63,957 bases of DNA, filler included, from Squatina squatina (GCA_031763465.1; 4 parts of 2 records of this genome joined end to end with filler, not necessarily neighbours in it), one strand, 5' to 3'. Numbered from the whole stretch's first letter, positions 22,670 through 36,694 are shown. The notes: a model not told the origin generated them from the sequence alone. Program-made: numbers and translations.

Positions 22670-25600
22670 TAAAATATATTTTAAACCTGTTCAGTATTTA
22701 ATGGCATGGTCTAACTGAAACGACAGTATTCCAAAATAGTCCAGAATACTTTCATTACAGTTTAAGTCTCAAGGAATTCAGAAGTGAAAGACTAAATGTA
22801 CAAAATTGTTTCAATGTACTTTTCTGCACAAAGTAGTTTGCTGATAATACCATTTTGAATAAAAATGATATAACAAAGCTACAGCTTTTTAGGTTATCCA
22901 GAGAAAGCTGCAAATGAAAAATTATGCTATGGTTCTGCACATATTTCTAATTTTTTTTGAATGTTCAATATTAAAACATTGATTGAAATTGATGTTAGTT
23001 GATAGAAGGTGCAGACACATTTTGAATTCTTAAAAAGGCAGAACACAAATCATATTTAAAAAAATACAAAAAAGCCTTATGTTATTGGTAGACTGCATCT
23101 CTGCTTACGAATTCAGTTCCTTCCTTAAGTCGTGTTTACCATTTGCAAGGCAGTTATAAAGCAGAAGTGAAACTCCAACACATAACTGCCATAACACTAT
23201 CAAAACAACTTCTTGCTATTTCTTTAAAGTGACTTGCAGATCAATTAGATCTATAAACAGAAATGCACAATAACATAATTGATGCAATGAAGTGCTTGCT
23301 GCTGAAAATATTTTGTTTATATTTTATTTATTAAGTGCTGATGTGGCAGCTTCTGTAGCCTGAACTTTGCAAGCAGCCAATATTGGTCATCCTGATATGC
23401 ATTTTCAGTGCAGGCTGCTCTCGACACTTCCAGGAATGCTCCAAACCCCCANNNNNNNNNNNNNNNNNNNNNNNNNNNNNNNNNNNNNNNNNNNNNNNNN
23501 NNNNNNNNNNNNNNNNNNNNNNNNNNNNNNNNNNNNNNNNNNNNNNNNNNNNNNNNNNNNNNNNNNNNNNNNNNNNNNNNNNNNNNNNNNNNNNNNNNNN
23601 NNNNNNNNNNNNNNNNNNNNNNNNNNNNNNNNNNNNNNNNNNNNNNNNNNNNNNNNNNNNNNNNNNNNNNNNNNNNNNNNNNNNNNNNNNNNNNNNNNNN
23701 NNNNNNNNNNNNNNNNNNNNNNNNNNNNNNNNNNNNNNNNNNNNNNNNNNNNNNNNNNNNNNNNNNNNNNNNNNNNNNNNNNNNNNNNNNNNNNNNNNNN
23801 NNNNNNNNNNNNNNNNNNNNNNNNNNNNNNNNNNNNNNNNNNNNNNNNNNNNNNNNNNNNNNNNNNNNNNNNNNNNNNNNNNNNNNNNNNNNNNNNNNNN
23901 NNNNNNNNNNNNNNNNNNNNNNNNNNNNNNNNNNNNNNNNNNNNNNNNNNNNNNNNNNNNNNNNNNNNNNNNNNNNNNNNNNNNNNNNNNNNNNNNNNNN
24001 NNNNNNNNNNNNNNNNNNNNNNNNNNNNNNNNNNNNNNNNNNNNNNNNNNNNNNNNNNNNNNNNNNNNNNNNNNNNNNNNNNNNNNNNNNNNNNNNNNNN
24101 NNNNNNNNNNNNNNNNNNNNNNNNNNNNNNNNNNNNNNNNNNNNNNNNNNNNNNNNNNNNNNNNNNNNNNNNNNNNNNNNNNNNNNNNNNNNNNNNNNNN
24201 NNNNNNNNNNNNNNNNNNNNNNNNNNNNNNNNNNNNNNNNNNNNNNNNNNNNNNNNNNNNNNNNACAGATGAATTAAAGTAATAAGCACCCCTTCATTCT
24301 GATATAATTCTTTCCTGTTACGCAGCTCTTTTTGTCTATAAATTGAGCTAATAAAATTCAGACAATACCTTTAAGAAGTGCCTCTGTAATATACAGGACT
24401 GTGCTGACTTCTATGCTGGATAGAAGAATTCATCAGTTGCGCGAAGCCTTGAATCACTATCCATCCTAACCACCTAAGCCATATGACAGTTACGTTTTCT
24501 GTTAAGCAAATCATTTTGCATTTTTGCAATGTGATTGGTTGAAAGGTGTATAGGCTGACATGCTTCAATAGCAACAGGGATATTTCTGTAGATGATGTTA
24601 TCTCAAAAAGAAGGCAATGGAGTTTCAGGCTCATATAAAATGTATCTATATATNNNNNNNNNNTTATGAGAAAGAAAACAAGAGAATATGATTAAAGTTT
24701 TAAAATTTCTTAATTGGGAACAAATATAATCCTCAAACATACTATTTTCAATGCTTCTCAATTTATTTCTGTAACATCAATGAAGCCCAGCAACAGTAGG
24801 TGCATGTTTTCAGATTTCTGCAGCAACTTGATCACGCAAGTCACCCATTGGCCCAGCATCCTACTTCTCAGATTTACAGAACCTTTTCACCTGCACGTGT
24901 ATCAGTAAGTGGCCAACAAGATATTCATTCATAATTACTTTTCTTGAGGGTTTCCTGATCTTTGCAACTTTTTAATGAAAGACAACTGAAATCACCTGAT
25001 TTTAAGCTCCAGATTTAGCATGGAAAATGGTTTGCTTTATTAAATAAAAAGCACCACCCTAGAAACCCTAGCCATAAATAATATTTTAAAATTCAACGAT
25101 GAGAGAGATGTACAAAATTGCATGTTAGTGCACTTTCTGTATATATTTGAGAAGCAATTGTAGAACTTTCAAATAGTAAGTGAAACTTCCAGTAGGCTCC
25201 AGAAAGGGCCTACTGTCCTTCAAGCAATTGGTATTCCTGTGGAAACAATGTGATGCCACTTTTGTATGGGAGTTAACAATTGCAAGCTGTTGCATAGTGA
25301 TTGGTATGCTGCCGCTTCATTCAAATTTAAGCAAAACACAAACTTATGAACACACCATAGTAAGAATCCCTTTAGGAGCTTAATTGAATCAATGATTTGG
25401 ACCAAGTGCCACACAAGTGTATCAGAGATGGTGGAGGATAATGGAGTGGTTAACCACAGCAATGGAGAAGTCTGGCAAGACGGAGGGATCGTGCCATGAG
25501 CAGCCTGCGACACGATCATGGTCTTCGTCCTACAGGTGGGGTGGAAACTAGACTGAGGAATTCAAACAGAGTAATAAGAAGTGTAGAGAGTTTGGTGGTG

Positions 25601-25732
25601 CTGTGGACATGCTTAAGGACTTTTTTTGAGAGNNNNNNNNNNNNNNNNNNNNNNNNNNNNNNNNNNNNNNNNNNNNNNNNNNNNNNNNNNNNNNNNNNNN
25701 NNNNNNNNNNNNNNNNNNNNNNNNNNNNNNNN

Positions 25733-25939
25733 CCGCCCTCGCTCGTTCACTGTCTTCCCCGGAATTCGTGCGCGCGCGCTCTGTTGCCGTGGACAGCGCC
25801 GCGCCCGCGTGCTCGCGCCCTCCCTCCCCGCCGAGTGGAGCAGCGCTGCCTGGGTGATGCTGTAGCAACTGCAGCCTTTGCCTGCACGCTTCACACTCGG
25901 GACCGCGGAGCCTGGCTTGAACCCATTGCATATTCGCTC
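25733..25939 (+). promoter_or_regulatory. CpG-rich promoter/5'UTR of the calcineurin A gene
   Basis: Dense CpG (gcgcgcgcgc, gcgccgcgcccgcg) in an otherwise CpG-poor window, directly before the ATG. Confidence 0.7.
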
Positions 25940-25994
25940 ATGAAGATGTCCAACAATGACATAAATATATCCAGCACGGAAAGGATGGTAAAAT
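25940..25994 (+). CDS. PPP3CA: Calcineurin A catalytic subunit (PPP3CA-like) coding exon 1
   Basis: MKMSNNDINISSTERMVK+T|gtgagt, homologous to LSTTDRVVK. Phase 1 joins exon 2 (T+CT=Ser, SVPFP). Paralog assignment is tentative. Confidence 0.8.
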
Positions 25995-28900
25995 GTGAGT
26001 ACGGGCTGAAAGAAAGCACGCGTTGTACGATTGAATGAAAGTATAGTTAGAAACCACCCGCCTACCCACCCCCCCCACACACACACAAAAAATAAAATTA
26101 CAAACGGGTCGGATGCCTGTGTGATGTGATGGTGGTGATATCGTTCAGTGGAAGCATTAGGAGCTCATGGAGATCGTTGGCTACCATTGGGCTTCAAAAT
26201 ACTAAACATGTAGCAGTCGATATTGAGACTTGACAAAAATCATTTGCAAAATAAATGTTAGCCGTTGAATGTTTTTCGTTGCTAATTACATGTAATCGAG
26301 ATGTGTATTTTGTCGTGATTGCAGATTGCATATTCTGGCATTGCGTTGCTGTGTAAAGCCTGTTAGTTACATTTGCCCCAGAATGTTTTGGTGTATGGCT
26401 GTCGCTGGTTTGATATTATTGCAGTCAACCCTCATACCTATTTCCGACTATAATTATTTAGTTTTTNNNNNNNNNNNNNNNNNNNNNNNNNNNNNNNNNN
26501 NNNNNNNNNNNNNNNNNNNNNNNNNNNNNNNNNNNNNNNNNNNNNNNNNNNNNNNNNNNNNNNNNNTCCAAGTGACAGCTGCTGATCTGACACGCAAGCC
26601 ACTTGGTCAACGTATGCCGAAATAAATTGGAGTTGCAATATTTTTTTTTGTTGCGATTAATGAGAACGTTGAACTAGCTTTGTGGGTATTTTATTTTTTT
26701 TCTTATAAAGTCTTCCGTTTGCTTTGATTTCCGCATTTAAAGCCACCGCCCGAGTGGAATATGCGTTTTTATTGCAGTGGCTCCGCGGCAACGTCCATTT
26801 CAGAGTGAGTGGGTGATTCCCTCGTTTTAAAGGTCTCCCCTGGAATTCACAACATCCACGCAGTAGGCATTACTGCAGATTGCCATTTAGACGTGGGTTT
26901 GAGAAAAAAAAATGTTTATAGTGTAAATGTTGTACATGGTCACCCTGGAATTAGATAACGATTTGATAGCGATTAGTGGAATGAGTCAGTGGGATTACCT
27001 GTGTGGCGGTCGTGTATTCCGCGCCATGGTTATACACTGTTCAGTGCAGGGATGTTTATGGAAACGCAGGGTACTTTGGAGTTAATTGAAATCTGATTAT
27101 AAGAAAAAATCCCTTATACGAGAGCGTAGAAGACGTCAGAATGCGATAATCTTCACGTGTTGNNNNNNNNNNNNNNNNNNNNNNNNNNNNNNNNNNNNNN
27201 NNNNNNNNNNNNNNNNNNNNNNNNNNNNNNNNNNNNNNNNNNNNNNNNNNNNNNNNNNNNNNNNNNNNNNNNNNNNNNNNNNNNNNNNNNNNNNNNNNNN
27301 NNNNNNNNNNNNNNNNNNNNNNNNNNNNNNTAGATAATTTTGGACTAGATTGGATTCCCAGACCCATTTCTTGTATTTCATTCATTTTATTGAGGAAGTA
27401 TGAACGTGTGAAGATACTACTTACTGTCATTCTGTGATAAATACATAGCCTGTGTATGAGCAACCACAGTTAAGATAATTAACCTGAAAACAGTTGAACA
27501 GCATATATGTGAATTGTATAAATGTTAGCCAATCTCTCCAAAATGTTATTAATTTATCTAAGAATCATGCACAAAACGAACCATTCTAAAGCGTTCCCTC
27601 ATGAGGCTGTGTTTTGCAGTTTCACTGCCTAGGATATTGATACTTCAGGAGTATGATTTATCAGTTGATTCACTAGTATATAGCATTTGGATTTTAAAAA
27701 ACCAACATAAGTAGAAACTTGTGTGGGAGATAGAGTAATGTGATAAGGGTTGATGGCGGTGTGGGAGGCTGTGGGGGTGGTTTGGTTCATTCATACTCTT
27801 ACCTGATTATTTAAGTCAAAGTACAGTTTATCATTGAGATGCCCAAATGGAAAGAAAATATAGGATGTCTTTCATATGATTGCCAGATTGCTGATTAGAG
27901 CAACACAGAAATGAATACAGCTTTCACTGTAAGTGGTCAGATGATGCTCCTGATGTAGTGATGATGATCACCTTGCTCTGAGCCATAAATACATTGAGAT
28001 GCACACTAGCTACATAGACTCATGTTTGAACTCCACCAAACACTGGAAAAGTACCAAACAGTTCAGGCCAAATGGCCTCCTTCTGTGCTGTAAACTTCTA
28101 TTATTCTGTGATTCACCCAAGCACTTATAAAGTATGCTAAGACCAATTGTATTAATATATGCTCTTGTGAATGCCTTGNNNNNNNNNNNNNNNNNNNNNN
28201 NNNNNNNNNNNNNNNNNNNNNNNNNNNNNNNNNNNNNNNNNNNNNNNNNNNNNNNNNNNNNNNNNNNNNNNNNNNNNNCCTTCCTTTTATACACTTGTTC
28301 CAATATAATTTCCACAGTTTTATTAGGAAACCAAAGCTCTTCCCATAACTGTTCGTAGATTTGGCTGTGCAGGCACTTTCCTGCTTTTTGAGCTTTCTCA
28401 ACTCCTGCAACAGTGCCCCTTTAAAATGTTCTCAGGGCTGCAGCATTATGCGATTTAATTGGTGAGCTTCCAATCCCAGGTGCAACTTTCTCACAATATT
28501 TAATTACGCTGAACCAAGAAACAAGGTGGGTTCAGCACTCATGGTTTTGGGCAGTGCTATTCTGCCACCGCTTCCAACACCAAGTTATGAAAAGAAGGTT
28601 GTACATTTTGCAACTAGCTCATTTGTTTGTCGACTGCATTTTGCTGTATTGCCAGTTAGGTGCGTGTTAGTCCTCTGATGCATTCAAAGGCCATTCCATA
28701 TGAGCGGTACTTTCTTTTTGGGATACCCTCAGCCAAGATAGCTGTAGTGCAGCTACTTTTTGTAATCTGTAGTAATCTGTTTGATTTAAATGCTCAGGGA
28801 AATTAATTTTGACATAACTATCCTAACCTCTGCTCAAAATCACAGACCGGTAAGGCCGACCGATTCCCTGTCCGTTATTACGGTGGGAGAGTTAAGTTGG

Positions 28901-31621
28901 GCACATTAAGTGCAATGAATAAAGAAAAAAAGGAAAGTAATCACCATCATGTGTAAGTCACCATTCTTTGACTGAAAGTGCAGCTCGTGCACTAGAATTT
29001 CTCCCTCCCTTCACTATGGACTAATCTGCCGGGTGACACTAATCTGTTCAAGCGTAATCTTGTAGTGTTCACGGCTCCAAATTTGTAACATTGAGAATGA
29101 TTAAACTATTTATTTATATACATAATCATACCCTTGTCCTCAGTTTAAAAAAAAAAATTTGCTGTTGGCACAGTAGTAAACAGATTAATATACAAAATAC
29201 TGGATTTTGTTAACATTTAAATTGTAGATTATTTCTCAGATTTATGTGAAGGATATTTTCCTATCCTTCCTAATGTGTCATAAAGACAATAGGACTAAAT
29301 AGTGTCATCACTAAAGCTTGCTAAGCTGGCTGTCGAACTGAAGTTGGCTGCCTGAGAGGGCACTCTTTTTAAAGAATTTAGTTAAAGAAGGCCATGTGAA
29401 TTCTCGTCAAAGGCCCTGATATTTATGGTGAGGCAGGAAGGAATATGGGGGAGCTATAACGGCTGGGAAACCCTGAAACGCGGGTTTCATAAAAAATGTT
29501 AACTACATTTCCCTGGTTGTTAGCTAACCATATTGAGATGCTGGCTGGCTGCTGGGCGGGAAGGCCTGCGGCANNNNNNNNNNNNNNNNNNNNNNNNNNN
29601 NNNNNNNNNNNNNNNNNNNNNNNNNNNNNNNNNNNNNNNNNNNNNNNNNNNNNNNNNNNNNNNNNNNNNNNNNCTGGATATACAGATTTTCCAGGCTGTA
29701 GCATGAGGCCACAGTCAATGTCTTTGATGCCTACTGCTCAACTGTGGCTTAACTGTCTTTGTGAGCTTCGAGACTTCTCATAGAAGTTCAATTCAGTGAC
29801 AGAGATCATTAAATAATGGATGGTGGAGAAATAACATCAGAAGCCTTCTGGTCTATGGAGTGTTCAAAGCCATTCCACACAGCTCTCCTACAGTGCACAG
29901 TGACAAATTGTGTAATATGTATAAGAAAATGTCTGTCAGAGCCAAGGCCTTGTTCTCCCTTTGCCATGCCTGGAAAGGTTAAGCCCAAGAGCAAGTCTGA
30001 GCACATTGAAAATCCAATTATTTTTATAAGGGTGTCCAGTCCTCCACCTGTGAGTAACCTGATTTAAATTCACTGAAAATTGTTTAATTGGTGTGTACTA
30101 GTCAGTTTCTTAGTAAATTAAATATTTTTTGATATGCAAAGACTTTTAAAACATGCCTACTGGTGCCTGTGTGCCCAAGATAACGAGTGCAATTTGAAGA
30201 GACTTCCCAAACCAGTGCACTTGGAGGAATCTCCCAATTTCAATCTGGGCCTGATTCGGGCAGATTAAATCTTGAAAAGCATAAAAGGTCGTTGAAAGCT
30301 CAAGCGTAAGTGGATCTGGGTGTAACACATCTATATTTAAAATTCCCCGATCTTCTGTGCTGGTTCGGCCTGTTCCGCCTCGCTGCTGCTGGAAACCAGC
30401 CACAAAGTTAGTGGAAACAAGCAGAAACTTTCTCCCCCCACCCCCCCACTCCGATGATTACATTGAGAGTGCAGCACACTAATCTTTCTCAGTGGACTTG
30501 CCTCCGCCTTGGACATGTCAGGAGATGCACTGCCTCTTCTTGAAGTTGCAGTTCTATCCCCACTGCAGCTGAGCCCTAAACACAGCAACCACGAAAAAAA
30601 TGTGAAAGATATTTGCGAATTCTGTCTTCAGTGCACACTCAAAGGTTCTTCAGAAAGCTCAGGTGCATCCTACCTGTAGCTTCAAACAATTTGGAATCCA
30701 GTGATCGCCTTAAAGACTTCAAGTATTGATTTTTTTTTGTGGGCTTGAATATCAATGTAGAGCGCCTAGTATAAATAATTCCATTGTTTTTTTGAGTCTG
30801 TTCCACCCGATTACTTCCGACTATGCTCCTGCTGTGTACCCTCTGAGAGAGTTTCCATTATATAATGATGCCTCTTGTGCTACACGGTACAATAGTTCTA
30901 TTGGTACACTGCAGTTCCTCTGACACCATGAGCATCGCCAAAGGAGGCTTGCAGCACTGGCAAACTATTGGCCCTAAAATTGCCGTCAGTGGCTTCCCGT
31001 GGAAGCCTGAAATTTTTTTATGAACTTACCTTGGGTCCTGAGAGTTTCGGAGACTTCTGGCCCTGCGCCTCTGGGTACCCGTGGGTACTGGCCCACGTAT
31101 CTCAGGACTGCCGGTGCTGTGTACGCGTTGCTGGGATCAAGTGGGNNNNNNNNNNNNNNNNNNNNNNNNNNNNNNNNNNNNNNNNNNNNNNNNNNNNNNN
31201 NNNNNNNNNNNNNNNNNNNNNNNNNNNNNNNNNNNNNNNNNNNNNTTAAACTTGAGAAAGGTGATAAGCTGGTTCTTTGGACAATTGAAAGAAACCTTTT
31301 TCATTCGCGAAGGGCCATGAAGGGGGTCATTGGAAAGGACTATTTGAATCAAAGGATGGAGCAATGTAGTAAACTGAACAGTTATATTTTATGTGGAACA
31401 TAAATTTCTTTAAAAAAGGTACTTTTCTACAAAATATGTGGTACCAAATCCTAGAGTATTCTAATCCAAGTCACAATCACCAAAGATATGAGGCAACATT
31501 TACTGTATTGATGTAGCAGTTTTTTAATAGCAATTTTAGCTACCATTTGATAAATGGAACAATTCCAAATAAATTATTTTCATATACACACATACATACA
31601 TTACACAAATTTCTGTTTTAG

Positions 31622-31756
31622 TGTGCACAGCTCAAACTGAGAACAGAGACCCCCACTCTACAGACGGCAGCACCATCCTGAGCCAGACCTCCGCTTATAG
31701 CACGAACCCAACAACACAGCATGAAGTCACAAAGGATCCTTCCTTCCAACGTAAAA
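31622..31756 (+). CDS. Candidate 135-nt symmetric phase-1 exon encoding a Ser/Thr-rich peptide, unidentified
   Basis: ttctgttttag| xCTAQTENRDPHSTDGSTILSQTSAYSTNPTTQHEVTKDPSFQRK |gtaagt; open frame with a GC step up from its AT-rich flanks. Confidence 0.45.
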
Positions 31757-32137
31757 GTAAGTGAATGGTTAAAGTCCTGAATTTTCCTTCATTCTTGTCA
31801 CTTGAAGTCTCATGAAAATTACCAATAATTTTTAACAGACATGGCATAAACAGAATATTGTGTTAGTGACTGGAATGCAGAAAAATATCATTTGGGAATG
31901 ACCTGCATGCCTTATTTATGACATGAACTGTTTTCCATGCTCCCTCTGAACATGTGGCATCACTTCAAATGTTTTCCCCTGATATAACATTTCACAAAGC
32001 AAAAAGTTGCCCCAGAATTAATAAAACATGTTGTAAAATAAAACCTAAAAGAAAACCTTTTATAAATAATTGTAAAACTGAAACAATTTTTGACCTTGGA
32101 ATATGTTCTATTAAATGACTTAAGATTTAAAGAACAA

Positions 32138-32790
32138 GCGGGAGAAATTCAGCTGTGGTTTTGCCCGGTTAGCGCCTCCGATGGGAGGCTAATGGGGCAA
32201 AAATGGACAAGATGGCGCAGGGTGGCGGCCATCTCACCAACTGCGGAATTCCCCGGGGCACAACGTCATTAAAGNNNNNNNNNNNNNNNNNNNNNNNNNN
32301 NNNNNNNNNNNNNNNNNNNNNNNNNNNNNNNNNNNNNNNNNNNNNNNNNNNNNNNNNNNNNNNNNNNNNNNNNNGGAGATGGGTTGGTCATTAAAAGATT
32401 TGAATGAGGCTGCGTGCCTAAGATGTTATCTCTGGTGCAGATTTAACGCTGGCCGGCCGGGTTTCCCGGGCCTCGGGAAACCCGAAAGGTGAAGGGAGGC
32501 GAGAACGGCTGGATGGAACAGGTAAGTGCCTTTCCAGCACTACTTGTGGTGCCAAGAGGAGCAGGAATGCTTGCCCTCGGCCCACCAAGCTTACCTGCTT
32601 CCATCCCCATGATCAGACCCCACCGCAACTCCTTGCACGATCACCCTACCCCGATGCCTGACTCACCCCACCGCCAACCCCCGCCTGATGTCCTCCTCCA
32701 CCTTCCACCCTCCCACCACCCCAGTTAAATTTGGCAGGACCAATCCCGGCCGCTAACTCTCCCTCACCCCACCCCCACCGCTTCCTTCCT
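32138..32790. mobile_element. GC/CpG-rich non-autonomous DNA-transposon-like fragments (similar character at about 30968-31145, 35020-35530, 36960-37867)
   Basis: Abrupt CpG-rich blocks beginning ggg(a/c)..aaatt(c/g); the family was not determined. Confidence 0.4.
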
Positions 32791-33275
32791 GCTCTCTGTT
32801 ATTACCAGAGCCAAGGAATTGTACTTTGAACCACTTCATAACTTTAATCAGGTGGATGTCGAGAAACTGTTCCACTTGTAGGTGAGTCCAGGACAAGGAG
32901 AAATAAATATGATATCCACGAACATCAAACAAAGAANNNNNNNNNNNNNNNNNNNNNNNNNNNNNNNNNNNNNNNNNNNNNNNNNNNNNNNNNNNNNNNN
33001 NNNNNNNNNNNNNNNNNNNNNNNNNNNNNNNNNNNNCGGGCCGAATGGCCTACTTCTGCTCCTACTTCTTATGGTCTTATGGTCTTGAGTGTATTAACTC
33101 TTCACAATATATACTTTATTGTTAAATTTGTCGATTTAGAGATGATTTGGGTGTTTATAACTGCGATGATGTATAATATATATTTGTGCTTACCTTCACT
33201 CAGTAAGTATTGCAGTCTGGCAGCACACAATACCTGAAGTCTTTTGTCATCTTTGTTTCTCTCTTTCTGTTCTAG

Positions 33276-33476
33276 CTGTTCCTTTTCCACTAAGTCATCG
33301 GCTGACCATGAAGGAAGTATTTGATTGTGATGGCAAGCCACGTGTTGATCTTTTGAAGGCTCATCTCACCAAGGAGGGGAGAGTAGAAGAAACTGTAGCA
33401 CTTCGAATTATTAATGAAGGAGCTTCCATTCTTCGCCAAGAGAAAACAATGTTGGATATAGAAGCTCCTGTGACAG
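33276..33476 (+). CDS. PPP3CA: Calcineurin A catalytic subunit (PPP3CA-like) coding exon 2, 201 nt
   Basis: ttctag|[66 protein letters not shown]|gtag; closest to PPP3CA among the human paralogs. Confidence 0.92.
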
Positions 33477-33640
33477 GTAGAATTGCACAGATTTATAAAT
33501 ATTTTGAGACATAAAACAGCTGTGCTGCCAAATAAAAATGCAGATTTTACGTGCAAATGTATGAAGTTAAGAAATGAACTGTGACTATACATTGCTCAGT
33601 GTACTATACAAACCACATTCGACATTAACAGAAGACCGTG

Positions 33641-33790
33641 GGGATTTCCTCAGAGCTGCTCCCACTCCGCCACTGGAACTCTGCAGAAAGTGCAACAGAA
33701 ACTCCAATTACCTGCGTAAGCGGGGTTTCTGCCACACATCCGGCAAAATTCTGGCAGTGGAGCAGGAGCAGCTCGGCGGAAATTTCTGGC
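33641..33790. mobile_element. About 150-bp imperfect palindrome, MITE-like
   Basis: atttcctcagagctgctcccactccgccactggaa pairs with ttctggcagtggagcaggagcagctcggcggaaat; the inner cagaaactccaattac pairs with gtaagcggggtttctg. Confidence 0.65.
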
Positions 33791-36694
33791 CTTTGAAATT
33801 TAAACTGTAAAGTGCATTCTGTTCTCAAAAATTTAAAGAAGTTTCTGGAAAGCCAGTTACCTCAGAAGAGTTGAGCCCAAATCTTGTTCAAGGAGAAGGG
33901 TTGGGAGTCATATATCACTGCTAAGTGTTTTCAGGTAATATATAACTATGTCAATGCAGGAGTTTACAAGAAAACCACAATTGCACAGATTTAAAATCTG
34001 AGAGTTATGGATTGAATAATGCAATGTCTTGTGAAATCAAAATGTTGGCCTGATGGTTGGGCTTAGGCTGCTTCATTGAGTCAGTTGTAGGATTACCTTC
34101 TGATTCCATTTATCCATATTGTGCCTCATCATTAGTTAATTTTGTACTCTCTGATACTGGTGTTTTGTACCATATTTATCAACTTTTTTCTTTCATATCA
34201 TTCTCAAATCAGATTTTTTATTTGTTTCTGAGAACAATGTAATTAACATGATTTAGGGAAATATAAACCATGCATTGTGCCCAGCCAAAAGAGTATGCAA
34301 CTCTGGGTGAACGCTGGGTCACCGAGAAAGATTCAGCAGCGAGATAATGAACAGATTATCTATTTTTAAGTGATGTTTGATGAGGAATAAATATTGGCCA
34401 GAACGCCAGGGAGAACTCCCCTACTCTTCGTGCTGTGGGATCTTTTACATCCACCTAAGTGACGGCAGACCCTTTCCAATATCTGGTACAAATTGCCTGC
34501 TATCTTCCATCACCAGTACTAAATCCAAGGATTTCTGGTGAGCAGAGCGATATAACGAGGTGCTAAATTGTTAGGAAAAATACATTTTGTTTCTAAGAAT
34601 TGAGGAGCTCCCTGACATAGATATGAGGATTGTGTTGAAAAATTTCTGCAAATGCTGGTGAGCAGGTTTACGGGCTTGTAGAAATCTCATCTTAAATTTG
34701 AGGCTGTTTTCGGTACCAATTATTAGAATTCATGGTCTGAAGTGTTATCATTTGATCTTTGAAATGTACATTTGTAGAGCCTTGTCTCATCTGAGCCCTC
34801 ACTCCTGGCATTCAAAATTAGAGGGTGACAAATTTGGAATTCACTTAACATAATCACTGCCTGCTGTCTCTAGCTCATCTGTCTGAAAATTTTGAAAAAG
34901 ATATTAAATAAAGCCAAAGAGGTGTAGAGTGGAAATGCATTCTATCGTATTATAGCCTTAATCTAAAACATCAGAAAAGGCAATATCTGTTAATCTGTCA
35001 GTGGGCCAATGGTTACAGTTACTGGCCCTGAAAACTGGCAACTGTTTTGGTGGAGTCCCACTGTAATATTGCCTGGAGTCTGCCAGAAACTCAGCCGGGA
35101 CCCGACGTATCTGGATCTTGGCTGCGGGATGACGTTTCCGGGATGGCCTTGTGGAGACATGCTTTAGTCAGTGTTTCCAGCCTCTTTGTTGATAGGGAAG
35201 ATGCACTGTGGAAAGCACTCCCAAACTGCCAAAGGCCCACTACTGGTGGCCCCTCCCCCCGATTCCACAGACATCAATAGGGTCAGTGACTGCCGCCTTC
35301 CACACCCTGCGCTCTGGATTTTTTGGGGTCATTGAGGCCCCAAGTCATCATTGCCAGTGCCGGCTCTTTAATTGGTCCAGGACACATTTTTTTGCGTCGG
35401 CCCTGGAGCAATGGCCTCTGAGCTGAAATTTGGTTGTTTGAACTTTTTCTGGGTTAGCACGAAGTTGTCGCACTAACCTTATGCTGGGGACATAGTGTCG
35501 GCAACGTGGCACTGAACTCATCAGTGCCACANNNNNNNNNNNNNNNNNNNNNNNNNNNNNNNNNNNNNNNNNNNNNNNNNNNNNNNNNNNNNNNNNNNNN
35601 NNNNNNNNNNNNNNNNNNNNNNNNNNNNNNNTCAATTCATAATCAGCCATTTTGCATTGTTGCCGATGACCAATTTCACCCCCTGTGTATCTAATGTTCA
35701 TATTGTTGAATAGTTTAACCATTTAATAATCCTTTTTAACAAAAAAAGTTGAAAAGTTTTCTCATTTATTACTCATTAATCACATTAAAGTTTAATACTG
35801 CATTTTTAAATCCTTAATAAATATTTTGTATCATCAAAAATATATGCATCGGCAAGCTACAAAGAATATACAACACCATAGAATAGTAAGCAACAATTTA
35901 ATTCATTTTGATCAAAATGTGGGTTAAATTTTATATTTTTTTTGTGAAAAAAGTACTGCATTTTAATCAAGAAAGCAGAAGAGGCAATGCTCTGTCAAAA
36001 TATAATGGGCAGCGAAGCAGGTTTTCTAGAAGATTTGTGTCTGTGTGGGTGTACGTGGAGGGAGGCTGATGAAAAATGCTGGCAGCAGTAAGCACAGCCA
36101 GCTCTTCGCCAGAACACAGATCAAAGGCCTCAGTTGCTAGGTACATCCAAGCTTAACGTAATTACAATTCTGATGGTTGAGCACAGCTACTGAAAGTAGC
36201 ACATTCATTAAAAATGAATGAAAATTCTGCAGCTTATATATAGCCCACACAAGTTTTCCTTTTTCCAGCTACTGCATTATGTATTTTCCCCCAAGCTACA
36301 TAGTTATGTCTAGTTCCTATTACTTGTATAAAACTAGTCTTTTTAGTTCCTCTGCAAAAGCTAATTCAGAATATTTTAAAGCACATGTATCCTGCAAACA
36401 TTTTGTCCTTTTCATTCGGAGAATAGGTTCAATTCATACATGGGTATATGAAATCACTGGCAGGATTGAGCCCGTTGATAGACCTTTAACCTACCACATT
36501 CTGAAATGATTTTCATGCCATACAGATATTTCAGTCAAATTTTAGCGTGAATTTCAGCTGGAATTAAATGTTGGGAAACACAGGTATGCTGTAAGTAAGT
36601 AATTTTGGGCGGAGGGACAAACACTAATTTGCCAATTACATTTAATTTCAAAACAGCTACTGAGATCAGGAGCATACAGCAGAGGGTGACGCAA

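Noticed and set aside
30146-30588. ORFs and a gtaagt donor near 30306 as further exons
   Set aside because: No recognisable protein similarity and no convincing acceptor.
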